From NCBI GenBank assembly GCA_937862805.1, contig CALMDO010000200.1:1-58568 (forward strand): a stretch of 58,568 nucleotides of DNA, given 5' to 3'. Positions 31,311 to 40,765 of this stretch are shown in pieces (the first letter of the stretch is position 1; the number at the start of each line of letters is the position of its first letter). This stretch comes from an uncultured Bacteroidota bacterium. Its GTDB lineage: Bacteria > Bacteroidota > Bacteroidia > Bacteroidales > FEN-979. The notes beneath the pieces are model-generated. The model was not told where the DNA came from, did no database searches, and saw only the letters and a program-made list of their open reading frames with translations. A program made the translations under genes and the position numbers.

Positions 31311-32189
31311 ATGAGGGTAGCCCTTTTCGGGAAATATATCGCCGATGCCGTTATTCCCTGTATCCAGGAATTGGTTGATCATTTCTCTTCCAGTCAGGGA
31401 CAACTCTTTATTTACACTCCCTTTTTTGATTTACTGAAGGAGCGGATTCATTTTAAAGATAATCCTTTACTCTTTGATAATCAGAAAAATATTGCCGGGA
31501 ATGTGGATTTTTTATTCTCGATCGGAGGAGACGGCACCATCTTGGATACAGTGAGAATTGTAGGCGATACGGGCATCCCTGTAGCCGGAATCAACATGGG
31601 AAGACTGGGTTTCCTTTCGGGAATACCCCGTGAAATGGTGATGCCCGCGGTGGAAGCGATTGAAAGAAAAGATTACCTGCTGGAACAACGGACTTTGATT
31701 GAGTTGGTTTCTCCGCCCGATCTCTTTGGAGAATGGCCTTTTGCACTGAACGACCTGACGGTTTATAAACCGCTTGTAATGTCGATGCTGACCATCAGGA
31801 CGTGGGTCAACGGGGAGTTTTTAAATGCCTATTGGGCCGATGGACTGATAGTGGCCACCCCGACCGGTTCCACTGCTTATTCGCTGAGCTGTACCGGACC
31901 GATCCTCGCTCCCGGCACCGAAAGCCTTGTCGTTACACCCATTGCCAGCCATAACCTGACAGTCAGGCCCATCGTCCTGCGTGACGATAGCGAAGTCAGG
32001 ATCCGGGTAGAAAGTAAAGTCGACGAATACCTGGTAAGTCTCGATTCTCACAGCCGAAAAGTCAGCAACGGCGTGGAACTGCTCCTGCGCAAAGCGCCGT
32101 TCAAAATCAACCTGCTCCGTTTACCGGATAAGGATTTTTTTCAAACCATCCGGGAAAAACTGAACTGGGGGTTGGACAATCGCAATTAA
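31311..32189 (+). CDS. nadK: NAD kinase
   Basis: ORF 31260..32189; the first ATG is at 31311 (MRVALFGKY). Motifs present are SIGGDGTILD and ATPTGSTAYSLS. Confidence 0.93.
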   Translation: MRVALFGKYIADAVIPCIQELVDHFSSSQGQLFIYTPFFDLLKERIHFKDNPLLFDNQKNIAGNVDFLFSIGGDGTILDTVRIVGDTGIPVAGINMGRLGFLSGIPREMVMPAVEAIERKDYLLEQRTLIELVSPPDLFGEWPFALNDLTVYKPLVMSMLTIRTWVNGEFLNAYWADGLIVATPTGSTAYSLSCTGPILAPGTESLVVTPIASHNLTVRPIVLRDDSEVRIRVESKVDEYLVSLDSHSRKVSNGVELLLRKAPFKINLLRLPDKDFFQTIREKLNWGLDNRN

Positions 32190-32255
32190 GCGTCATTTCT
32201 GCCTGAAAATCATCGAATGAATCCAATAAAACAGCGATAGGGGCGTTATTAAAAA

Positions 32256-33122
32256 TTGTTGAACCAATCCATTCAAATATCGTCCGTCGAATCTGCCTGC
32301 CGAAAGGGTTGGCTTCGCGTCCTGCCAGCGCTCCTGATCTTGCTTTTTCCTGCTCTGGCGTCTGCCCAGGAGATGGAGGTCGGCCTTGCCGGTGGCGGAA
32401 CTTACTACATCGGCGATCTCAATCCCTCCATTCCTTTCAGGGAAATCAAGCCCTCTTACGGTGCTTTGGTTCGGTATAACATCGATAGCCGTTGGGCCGT
32501 CAGGGCAGCCCTGATGATGGGCTCGGTCGCTGCGGATGCAGCAGAGTCAACACCTTTTATCAAAACCCTTGGCCTGAACTTCAAAAGCAACATCACTGAT
32601 GTTTCGGCAGTGGCCGAATTCAACTTTTTCCCTTACTATCCCGGAAGCGACTTCAACAAGCTGACGCCTTATATCTACGCCGGTATCTCTGTTTTCTTCT
32701 TTAAACCCTTTGATAATGAAGGGCGTGATTTGCGTTCGCTGGGAACTGAAGGGCAGAATACCGGGGACGGTAAGAAATACAGTACCGTCAGTTTTTCCGT
32801 ACCTTTCGGACTTGGTTTGAAATGGGCCCTTACGGAGAAGCTGGGGTTACAGGTTTATTGGGAGATGCACAAGACTTTTACCGACTATCTTGACGATGTG
32901 AGCACTACCTTTTATCTGTACGATGGGAAGTTTATTGATGAGCGTAAAACAACCCCTGCCAACGCTGAACAGGCTGTTGCTTCCGATCCATTGGCGAGCC
33001 ATCAACCCGGCCAGCAGAGGGGAGATCCCGCTACCAACGACTGGTTTTCTTTTTTCGGGGTTTCGTTTACGTACAGTTTCAAGTTACCGGGAAGTAACAG
33101 ATGCAAGGAATTGAAGTATTAA
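32256..33122 (+). CDS. DUF6089-like outer membrane beta-barrel protein
   Basis: 288 aa with signal peptide LRVLPALLILLFPALASAQE, reachable only from a non-ATG start (TTG at 32256 or 32259). It occupies the conserved position between nadK and uppS. Confidence 0.7.
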   Translation: MLNQSIQISSVESACRKGWLRVLPALLILLFPALASAQEMEVGLAGGGTYYIGDLNPSIPFREIKPSYGALVRYNIDSRWAVRAALMMGSVAADAAESTPFIKTLGLNFKSNITDVSAVAEFNFFPYYPGSDFNKLTPYIYAGISVFFFKPFDNEGRDLRSLGTEGQNTGDGKKYSTVSFSVPFGLGLKWALTEKLGLQVYWEMHKTFTDYLDDVSTTFYLYDGKFIDERKTTPANAEQAVASDPLASHQPGQQRGDPATNDWFSFFGVSFTYSFKLPGSNRCKELKY

Positions 33123-33137
33123 AGGCATTGAACAGGC

Positions 33138-33902
33138 ATGGGATACAGGGAACAGATCGATAAGAAGAAGGTGCCGGTTCACGTGGCAGTGATCATGGAC
33201 GGGAACGGTCGCTGGGCCCGTAAACAGGGCTTTATCCGTACCCGGGGCCATGAGAAAGGGGTCGATGCCGTACGCAATACAGTAGAAGCTGCCGCCGAGC
33301 TGGGAATCCGCTACCTGACACTGTACGCGTTTTCAACAGAAAACTGGAACCGGCCCAAATATGAGATCGATGCCCTGATGCGTATTCTTGTCAATTCCCT
33401 TCATCGGGAGATGAAAACCCTGATGGATAACAAAATCCGGCTTACCGCGATCGGGGATCTCAAGACGCTTCCTCCAAAGAGTTACCTGGAACTGATGCAG
33501 GCCATTGAAAAGACACGTGATAACACGGGGCTTACTTTGCTGTTAGCACTGAGTTACAGTTCACGATGGGAATTGCTCGAAGCAGCCCGTACAATCGCCG
33601 AAAAGGTAGGCAGAGGGGATCTGACTCCTGATCAAATCGACTTGTCGACCATCACCACTTCCCTCACCACCGCCGGAATCCCCGACCCGGAATTGTTGAT
33701 CCGCACCAGCGGCGAATACAGGGTCAGCAATTTCCTGCTCTGGCAGATCGCGTACACCGAATTATATTTTACAACAACACTCTGGCCCGATTTTTGTAAA
33801 GAAGATTTTTTCAAAGCCATTCTCGATTTTCAACACAGGGAACGCAGATTTGGTCTGACCAGCGAACAGCTCAATGAATTAGAAGGAACCCAACGTAAAT
33901 AG
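33138..33902 (+). CDS. uppS: Isoprenyl transferase (undecaprenyl-diphosphate synthase)
   Basis: 254 aa with HVAVIMDGNGRWA, LTLYAFSTENWNRP and IRTSGEYRVSNFLLWQ motifs. Confidence 0.96.
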   Translation: MGYREQIDKKKVPVHVAVIMDGNGRWARKQGFIRTRGHEKGVDAVRNTVEAAAELGIRYLTLYAFSTENWNRPKYEIDALMRILVNSLHREMKTLMDNKIRLTAIGDLKTLPPKSYLELMQAIEKTRDNTGLTLLLALSYSSRWELLEAARTIAEKVGRGDLTPDQIDLSTITTSLTTAGIPDPELLIRTSGEYRVSNFLLWQIAYTELYFTTTLWPDFCKEDFFKAILDFQHRERRFGLTSEQLNELEGTQRK

Positions 33903-33908
33903 ACATTG

Positions 33909-36533
33909 ATGAGACCCCGTTTCCTGTTACTGATATTACTCCCATTCTTTCTTGTCTTTCAATCAGCCGCCCAGGTCAGCATCGGCGATATGGACATCAG
34001 CGATTACAACAATCCCCGTGAATTTTATATCGGCGGAATCACAGTGAGCGGCGTTAAATACCTGGATGGTAATGTTTTGATCATGCTCTCAGGGCTCACG
34101 GTCGGTGATAAGATCAAAGTCCCGACCGGTGACCAAATCCCTCAGGCAGTCAGGAAATTGTGGGAACAGGGATTGTTTGAAGACATCCGGATCAGCGCCA
34201 CAAAAATCGTAGATAACCAGATCTTTCTTGACATTTACCTGCAGGAACGCCCGAGGCTTTCGAAATTCCAATTCAACGGGATCAAAAAATCGGATGCCGA
34301 CGACATTCGCGAAAAAATCCGGCTGGTCAAAGGCGATTATGTCACCGACAACCTTTTGATCAAAACCAAGAATATCATCCGGAAATTTTATACCGACAAA
34401 GGATTTCTGAATGCTGAAGTCGATATTGTACTTAAAAATGACAGCACCGCGGCCAATGAGGTGACCATGTACCTCAACATCGACCGGAACGAAAAGGTAA
34501 AGGTTTATACCATCAATATTCACGGCAACAAAGAGGTCACAGCCGATATGATAAAAAACGCTTTTAAAAAGACAAAAGAAAAAAGCGTCTTCAACCCGAT
34601 GAACAACCTCGATCAGACAGTGATAGAGACGGTACAGACAGCCGCCGAAATGGACTTTGTGGAGATCGTCAATGTGGTTGCCAAACAGGGGACCGACAAC
34701 GTACGGTTGCGTATTTTCAAATCCTCAAAGTTCATCGATGAAGATTATCAGGAAGACAAACTGCTCCTGATCAAGAAATACAATTCCCTTGGCTTCCGCG
34801 ATGCGCGAATCCTCAGGGATTCCATCTCCAAAAATCCCGACAATACGATCAACATTGACCTTTGGGTGGAAGAGGGTACCAAATATCATATCCGCAACAT
34901 CACCTGGATAGGGAACACCAAATATTCCTCCCAGTTCTTAGATCGTATTCTCAAGATCGGCAAAGGGGATGTTTATGATCAGGATGCCTTGGAACAAGCT
35001 CTTACTTATAACCCCAGCGGCGCAGATATCCGGTCGTTGTACATGGACGATGGCTACCTTTTCTTCGATGTGGTTCCCGTTGAAACCCGTGTTGAAAATG
35101 ACTCCATCGACCTGGAGATCCGCATGCATGAAGGGAAACAGGCAACGGTCAACAAGGTGACGATCAAGGGCAACACCAAAACCAATGACCACGTTGCACT
35201 GCGGGAGACTGACACCCGCCCCGGCCAGCTTTTCAGCCGCGACCGGCTGATCCGTTCACAACGTACCCTCGCGCAACTCAAATATTTTGATGCCGAAAAA
35301 CTTACTCCGGGCGTTAATCCCAATCCCGATGACGGTACCGTGGACATTGGTTTTGATGTCACCGAAACATCCGCCGACCAGATAGAGCTGTCGGGAGGCT
35401 GGGGTTACGGCCGTATCGTGGGAACAGTGGGCCTCTCCTTCAATAACTTTTCATTGCGTAACCTCACAAACCTCAAAGCCTGGCGACCGATTCCCTCGGG
35501 CGACGGACAAAAACTGAGCCTCCGTTTCCAGACCTATGGAAAAGGTTATTTCAGTTATAGTTTCTCTTTCACAGAACCCTGGATGGGAGGACGTAAACCG
35601 CTCGCTCTCAGCTTATCCTACTTTCATTCAAAGTACACGAACGGACTGGCGACGAACGATGCCAGCTATGCCTTCTTCAAGATCGACGGAATCTCCGTAG
35701 GACTGGGACAAAGGCTTCGCTGGCCCGACGACTATTTCTCGTTGTATCAAAGCATCAATTACAACCGTTACCATACTTACAATTATACTTCAATCTTCAC
35801 GTTTGGCGGGGGCAATGGCGTTTACAACGCCATTAGTTACGGAATCATTCTGAGCCGCAGCTCCGTTGATGCACCTATTTATCCCAAAACAGGTTCCGAT
35901 GTTTCTCTCAATCTTGAATTGACACCCCCATACTCTCTTTTCCGGGGCAATGTTGATTACCAGACAATGGAACCGAGTGAACGTTACCAATGGGTGGAAT
36001 ACTACAAAATCAAGATCAAAGCTTCGTGGTACATCAACCTGATTGAAAAATTAGTCCTCTCCCCAAGACTTCAGTTCGGCTACCTGGGGGCCTATAACAG
36101 CAGTTTAGGCGTCACCCCGTTTGAACGTTTTTACCTGGGAGGTGACGGTTTGACCGGATACAACAATATGGACGGACGCGAGCTGATCGGGATGCGGGGT
36201 TACACCAACAATTCGCTCACACCGGGATACCCCAGTTCTGTCGGTGGATCTGTCTATACAAAATATACCCTTGAACTCCGGTACCCGGTTTCATTGAACC
36301 CCAGCGCCACAATCTATGGTCTGGCTTTTATGGAAGCAGGAAATGACTGGTTGTACTGGAAGAACTTCAATCCTTTCAATGTATACCGTTCTGTCGGAGT
36401 AGGGGTTCGTGTATTTCTCCCCATGTTTGGCTTACTGGGGCTCGACTGGGGTTATGGACTCGATGCTGTCCCCGGCGTTCCGGGAGCCAACGGCGGGCAG
36501 TTCCACTTCTCTATCAATTCATCGATCGATTAA
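33909..36533 (+). CDS. bamA: Outer membrane protein assembly factor BamA
   Basis: About 874 aa with a signal peptide. There are POTRA repeats (e.g. ITVSGVKYLDGNVLIMLSGLTVGD) and a C-terminal Omp85 barrel. Flanked by uppS upstream and two skp genes downstream. Confidence 0.93.
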   Translation: MRPRFLLLILLPFFLVFQSAAQVSIGDMDISDYNNPREFYIGGITVSGVKYLDGNVLIMLSGLTVGDKIKVPTGDQIPQAVRKLWEQGLFEDIRISATKIVDNQIFLDIYLQERPRLSKFQFNGIKKSDADDIREKIRLVKGDYVTDNLLIKTKNIIRKFYTDKGFLNAEVDIVLKNDSTAANEVTMYLNIDRNEKVKVYTINIHGNKEVTADMIKNAFKKTKEKSVFNPMNNLDQTVIETVQTAAEMDFVEIVNVVAKQGTDNVRLRIFKSSKFIDEDYQEDKLLLIKKYNSLGFRDARILRDSISKNPDNTINIDLWVEEGTKYHIRNITWIGNTKYSSQFLDRILKIGKGDVYDQDALEQALTYNPSGADIRSLYMDDGYLFFDVVPVETRVENDSIDLEIRMHEGKQATVNKVTIKGNTKTNDHVALRETDTRPGQLFSRDRLIRSQRTLAQLKYFDAEKLTPGVNPNPDDGTVDIGFDVTETSADQIELSGGWGYGRIVGTVGLSFNNFSLRNLTNLKAWRPIPSGDGQKLSLRFQTYGKGYFSYSFSFTEPWMGGRKPLALSLSYFHSKYTNGLATNDASYAFFKIDGISVGLGQRLRWPDDYFSLYQSINYNRYHTYNYTSIFTFGGGNGVYNAISYGIILSRSSVDAPIYPKTGSDVSLNLELTPPYSLFRGNVDYQTMEPSERYQWVEYYKIKIKASWYINLIEKLVLSPRLQFGYLGAYNSSLGVTPFERFYLGGDGLTGYNNMDGRELIGMRGYTNNSLTPGYPSSVGGSVYTKYTLELRYPVSLNPSATIYGLAFMEAGNDWLYWKNFNPFNVYRSVGVGVRVFLPMFGLLGLDWGYGLDAVPGVPGANGGQFHFSINSSID

Positions 36534-36549
36534 TCCAAAGGAGGTCAAT

Positions 36550-37233
36550 ATGAAAAAGCTGATCATTACAATGGTGACCCTGCTGTTTATGGTAACCTGG
36601 GCCCAGGCGCAAAAATTCGCTTATGTCGATACGGAATACATTCTGGATAATATCCCGGAATTCACCGAAGCCCAGGCTCAGCTGGATGAGATTTCTTCTA
36701 CCTGGCAAAAAGAGATTGAAACCCAGTTTGCTGAAGTCGATAAGATGTACAAAGATTACCAGGTGCAGTCGGTCTTACTCCCCGATGATATGAAGAAAAA
36801 AAAGGAGCAGGAGATTATTGATAAAGAGAAGGAAGTCAAGAACCTGCAAAGAACCCGTTTCGGGAAAGACGGTGACCTCTTTAAAAAACGCCAGGAACTT
36901 GTCAAACCAATCCAGGAGAGAATTTATAACGCGATCCAGGAAATCGCTACGAACAATAATTACGCCGTGATATTTGACAAAGGAGGAAGCCTCACGATGA
37001 TGTATGCTAACCCCAAATATGACATCAGCGATGAGGTGTTAGATAACCTCGGTGCCAGCTTGAGCGGTCGGAAAACCAAAACCAAAACCTCCACGGGAAC
37101 CGGGGCAGGAACCAGTCAACCCACGAAATCGGGAGGAACCCAGACCAAAACCGGAGGCTCAAAATCATCAGGAACTTCCGGGGATAATTCGGGATCGACC
37201 GGTACCCCACCGACCAAACCACTTAAAAAATAG
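36550..37233 (+). CDS. OmpH/Skp-family periplasmic chaperone with a long S/T/G/K-rich C-terminal tail
   Basis: The true start is MKKLIITMVTLLFMVTWAQAQ at 36550; the track ORF from 36409 overlaps bamA. It has a coiled-coil Skp-like core and a tail of about 55 aa (SGRKTKTKTSTGTGAGTSQPTKSGGTQTKTGGSKSSGTSGDNSGSTGTPPTKPLKK). Confidence 0.85.
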   Translation: MKKLIITMVTLLFMVTWAQAQKFAYVDTEYILDNIPEFTEAQAQLDEISSTWQKEIETQFAEVDKMYKDYQVQSVLLPDDMKKKKEQEIIDKEKEVKNLQRTRFGKDGDLFKKRQELVKPIQERIYNAIQEIATNNNYAVIFDKGGSLTMMYANPKYDISDEVLDNLGASLSGRKTKTKTSTGTGAGTSQPTKSGGTQTKTGGSKSSGTSGDNSGSTGTPPTKPLKK

Positions 37234-37271
37234 CTGCTTGTTGATTAACGCAGAGATGTCATTAAATTTTG

Positions 37272-37279
37272 TACTTTTG
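37272..37279 (+). promoter_or_regulatory. -7 promoter box (TACTTTTG) upstream of the second skp
   Basis: Matches TAnnTTTG and lies 40 nt upstream of the ATG at 37319. Confidence 0.4.
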
Positions 37280-37318
37280 CATCCTCCATTTCTAGTATTA
37301 ACCTTTTAATCATTGAAA

Positions 37319-37837
37319 ATGAAAAAAATAGTTAAAATTTTTGCTGTTGTCGCAATCCTTTTCAGTTTTTCTTTTGTAGCACAGGCACAAAACCCTGTTA
37401 AGATCGGACACATTGATTTTAATGCCCTGTTGGCTACCATGCCGGGGATTGATTCGGTGAAAATTAAACTCCAGAACTATCAAAAAACATTGTCAGATCA
37501 AATGGATGCCATGAAGGCTGAATTTGAAAACAAATACCTGGATTATCAGTCACAGGCCTCCGGAATGTCTGACCTGATCAAACAGACGAAAGAAAAAGAA
37601 TTATCCGATCTTCAGGCACGCATCGACGCATTTCAGCAAAAAGCCAACCAGGATCTTCAGGCCAAACAACAGGAACTCGTTGCTCCCTTTATTGAGACAG
37701 CCAAAAATGCCATCAAAGAGATCGCCAAAGAACACAAATACACTTATATCCTCAACGCAATAGAAGATGTGGTGATTTATAAAGAGGATTCTGACGATGT
37801 ATTGCCATTGGTGAAAAAGAAACTTAACATCCAATAA
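37319..37837 (+). CDS. OmpH/Skp-family periplasmic chaperone
   Basis: About 172 aa with a signal peptide (KKIVKIFAVVAILFSFSFVAQAQ) and a coiled-coil core. It is the second skp gene after bamA. Confidence 0.88.
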   Translation: MKKIVKIFAVVAILFSFSFVAQAQNPVKIGHIDFNALLATMPGIDSVKIKLQNYQKTLSDQMDAMKAEFENKYLDYQSQASGMSDLIKQTKEKELSDLQARIDAFQQKANQDLQAKQQELVAPFIETAKNAIKEIAKEHKYTYILNAIEDVVIYKEDSDDVLPLVKKKLNIQ

Positions 37838-37855
37838 AACGTTTTGATTTTGTTG

Positions 37856-37889
37856 AAAACCGGTTCCTGAAGAGGTACCGGTTTTTTTT
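37856..37889 (+). terminator. Rho-independent terminator ending the bamA-skp-skp unit
   Basis: AAAACCGGT-(12 nt with an inner CCT/AGG pairing)-ACCGGTTTT, followed by a run of 8 T. Confidence 0.8.
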
Positions 37890-37899
37890 ATGGTTTTTT

Positions 37900-37907
37900 T
37901 ATCTTTG
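37900..37907 (+). promoter_or_regulatory. -7 promoter box (TATCTTTG) for the GH109-like gene
   Basis: Lies 20 nt upstream of the ATG at 37927. Confidence 0.45.
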
Positions 37908-37926
37908 AGCGAAAATCGACAGCCTT

Positions 37927-39285
37927 ATGAAAAATCATCTGAACCGTCGTGACTTTATTAAAGCCATAGCTGCCACAGGAGTCACGCTGGCAGTGGGCGA
38001 TGACCTGATGGCCGCTGTAAGTCATGAAAACCGGACTTTCCCCTGGCGGCCTGTATCAGCCGGTCAACCCATGGCAACAGTGAGGATCGGGTATGTTGGT
38101 GTCGGAGGAATGGGGATGGCCCACGTGGAAAACCTTCTGAAAATAGAGGGAGCTGAAATCGTTGCCGTATGCGATATCGTGGAAGAACGGGTAAAACAAG
38201 CCCTGGACAGGGTTGAAAAAGCCGGATTCAAACGGCCTGTCGGTTATTTCAAAAATGAAACAGACTGGCAAAATCTTTGCGACCGCCCCGACGTCGACCT
38301 GGTTTATAATGCCACCCCCTGGCAATGGCATGTTCCCATCTCCGTGCGGGCCATGCAAAGCGGTAAACATGCCGCCACGGAGGTACCGGCAGCCCTCTCC
38401 ATAGACGAATGCTGGGAGTTGGTTGAAACATCAGAAGCTACCGGCAAGTATTGCATCATGATGGAGAATTGCAACTACGACAAGATCGAGATGATGATTC
38501 TGAACATGGTAAAAAAGGGTCTTTTCGGAGCGTTGCTCCATGCTGAATGTGGCTACCTGCATGACCTGCGGGCTGTGAAACATGATATGGAAGGTGAAGG
38601 GCTCTGGCGGCGTGATTTTTCCATGCGGCGAAACGGTGACCTCTACCCGACCCATGGCCTTGGACCTGTGATGCAATGCTTTGACATCAACCGGGGCAAC
38701 TATTTCGATTACCTGGTATCCTTCAGCACCAAGAGCCGGGGTCTGCATCAGTACGCAATCGATCATTTCGGGGCGGGTAGCCCCCAATCCAAAGAGGTTT
38801 ACACCCTGGGCGATGTGGTCAACACCCTGATTCGAACCATGAATGGCGAGACCATCCTTGTAACCCATGATACCAGTTCCCCCAGGCCCTACAGCCGGGG
38901 CATTATGGTACAAGGCACCAGGGGATTGGTCAGAAAATACCCTGAACCGAAAATATATATTGAGGGAATCAGCCAAACCGACGATCAATGGGAACCGATC
39001 AATGACTACCTTAAGAAATACCAGCATCCGGTCTGGACCGAACTCGAAACAGCCAGCGTCGGTGCAGGTCACGGAGGGATGGATTTTGTGGAGGATTACC
39101 GCCTTATCAACGCATTACTTAAGGGTATTGAGCCCGATATGGATGTTTACGACGCTGTGGCTATGAGTGTTGTCACCCCGCTGAGTGAAAGATCAATTGC
39201 AGCCAAAGGCAAACCGTTCAAATTCCCTGATTTTACCAGAGGCATGTGGAAAACACAGCGGGAATTGCCTGTTATGAAAGGGTAA
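37927..39285 (+). CDS. Gfo/Idh/MocA-family NAD-dependent oxidoreductase/glycosidase (GH109-like) with a twin-arginine signal
   Basis: 452 aa with Tat motif NRRDFIKAIAATGVTLAVG. It has a Rossmann segment (VRIGYVGVGGMGMAHV), and the overall layout matches GH109-type enzymes. Confidence 0.8.
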   Translation: MKNHLNRRDFIKAIAATGVTLAVGDDLMAAVSHENRTFPWRPVSAGQPMATVRIGYVGVGGMGMAHVENLLKIEGAEIVAVCDIVEERVKQALDRVEKAGFKRPVGYFKNETDWQNLCDRPDVDLVYNATPWQWHVPISVRAMQSGKHAATEVPAALSIDECWELVETSEATGKYCIMMENCNYDKIEMMILNMVKKGLFGALLHAECGYLHDLRAVKHDMEGEGLWRRDFSMRRNGDLYPTHGLGPVMQCFDINRGNYFDYLVSFSTKSRGLHQYAIDHFGAGSPQSKEVYTLGDVVNTLIRTMNGETILVTHDTSSPRPYSRGIMVQGTRGLVRKYPEPKIYIEGISQTDDQWEPINDYLKKYQHPVWTELETASVGAGHGGMDFVEDYRLINALLKGIEPDMDVYDAVAMSVVTPLSERSIAAKGKPFKFPDFTRGMWKTQRELPVMKG

Positions 39286-40765
39286 AACTGAAAAGGTGAA
39301 ATTCCCAACCGTCTAAACTGACGAAGAGTCCGGGTTGTAACATCTCGTTTCCATCCCTGTCGAAAGAGGATCCATTCAACGGATCGGTCAACCGCCACCG
39401 CGATCCCTGCAGGTTTTTCCACCCCGGTTTGATGCGGCCACCGGACCTGCCGACGCTCATATTCCCGATCACCAGGTACATCGTTCCATCCATCGACCAA
39501 CCCCAGCAGAGCAAATTCCTGTAAGTCAGGTTGTCATCCCAGCCTGTCGCTTCAAATCGTTGCCACGAGCCTTCATGGAATACAGGTAATGAAATGATAT
39601 TCAACAGCTTAAGGTAGAATAAAAAGAGTTCCTGATTGCAGGGCTCATCAACCCTTCGTTGAAGGAACACAGGCAGTCTTGTTTTGCGTCCTTCCGGCTG
39701 CCCATCGTAAAAAAGTCTGGCACCCGGTAAGGTAGAGCTGATAACGGCCATCAGACGTTCCTGTTTTTCGTCGAATAGCGAAGCTGCGCGGGGTTCATCA
39801 TGGTTTTCAATAAACCGGAGTAGTTTTTCCTGGTAGACGATATCGGCGGAGAGGTGTTGTCTGATTGACAAAGGATCGGTTGATTCAAGCCGGTCATAAA
39901 GCCGTTTATCGTAACAGAAGTCGAAACCCTGTTGTTGCAGTTCCCATTCGAGGTCCCAGTAGGCTTCAGCAATAAAGATGAAACGGGGGTTGGTTGATTT
40001 AATGGCAGGAATGATCGTTTCCCAATAGTCTTCTTCGGGTACCTGCCCGGCGCGGGGGCCCCAGGTTCTTTGGAAGATCTTGTTCATCACCAGCATGGCC
40101 ATGTCGCACCGGATTCCATCGCATTGGGAGGAGATCTGTGACACGGTTTGGAGTATGGCCTGGCGTAGCTCCGGATGAAAAACATTGATTTGCAGTACAT
40201 CCTGCCATGCAGGGTAATAAGGATCTTTCCCACAGGCAAAAACCCTGCCATCGATCTTCGTAAAGGTAACCGGATCGGATTGCAGGTCATTTTCATCTCC
40301 CCTGATGAAATAGTCAGGGTGTTCGGTTACCCACTCATGGTCACGGGCCATGTGGTTAGGAACAAAATCGAGGAGGAGCTGCATTTTTCGGGAAGCCAGT
40401 TGTTTTCTCGCGATGGCCAGCGCATCGTTACCTCCAAACCGCGGATCGACCTCGTAATGCCTTATACAATAAGGAGAACCGATGTTATCGGACAAAGAAA
40501 AGTCGGGTAGTGCACGGTGAAAATCGGCCAGATTCCCCGCGTTGGCATTGGAAACGGCAATCCCCTTTGGACTTCGTCCCCAGACGCCCATCAGCCATAT
40601 TGCATCGACATGGAGGCGGGCTAAAGCATCCCACTCAGGATCGGGGATATTGGAAAGGGTGGTCTGGAAACCATATTTTCTGCTGAGTTCACTGAGCCAG
40701 ACAGCGGTGTTGATCTCATAGATCACCGGGTGCCGCCTCCATGGTTTTGTCATCACGGTTCCCAT
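39272..40765 (-). CDS. Cytoplasmic alpha-amylase-family (GH13) glycoside hydrolase
   Basis: 497 aa with GH13 conserved regions LDFVPNHMARDH, GIRCDMAML, FIAEAYWD and FIENHDEPR. No signal peptide. An alternative start at 40753 forms a TGATG stop/start overlap with the upstream gene. Confidence 0.88.
   Translation of the reverse strand: MGTVMTKPWRRHPVIYEINTAVWLSELSRKYGFQTTLSNIPDPEWDALARLHVDAIWLMGVWGRSPKGIAVSNANAGNLADFHRALPDFSLSDNIGSPYCIRHYEVDPRFGGNDALAIARKQLASRKMQLLLDFVPNHMARDHEWVTEHPDYFIRGDENDLQSDPVTFTKIDGRVFACGKDPYYPAWQDVLQINVFHPELRQAILQTVSQISSQCDGIRCDMAMLVMNKIFQRTWGPRAGQVPEEDYWETIIPAIKSTNPRFIFIAEAYWDLEWELQQQGFDFCYDKRLYDRLESTDPLSIRQHLSADIVYQEKLLRFIENHDEPRAASLFDEKQERLMAVISSTLPGARLFYDGQPEGRKTRLPVFLQRRVDEPCNQELFLFYLKLLNIISLPVFHEGSWQRFEATGWDDNLTYRNLLCWGWSMDGTMYLVIGNMSVGRSGGRIKPGWKNLQGSRWRLTDPLNGSSFDRDGNEMLQPGLFVSLDGWEFHLFSFTLS

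Noticed and set aside
38431-39072. 213-aa ORF antisense to the GH109-like gene, and 178-aa ORF (41587..42123) antisense to the gamma-CA gene
   Set aside because: These are typical shadow ORFs opposite well-supported genes. They have no signal peptide, motif or promoter.
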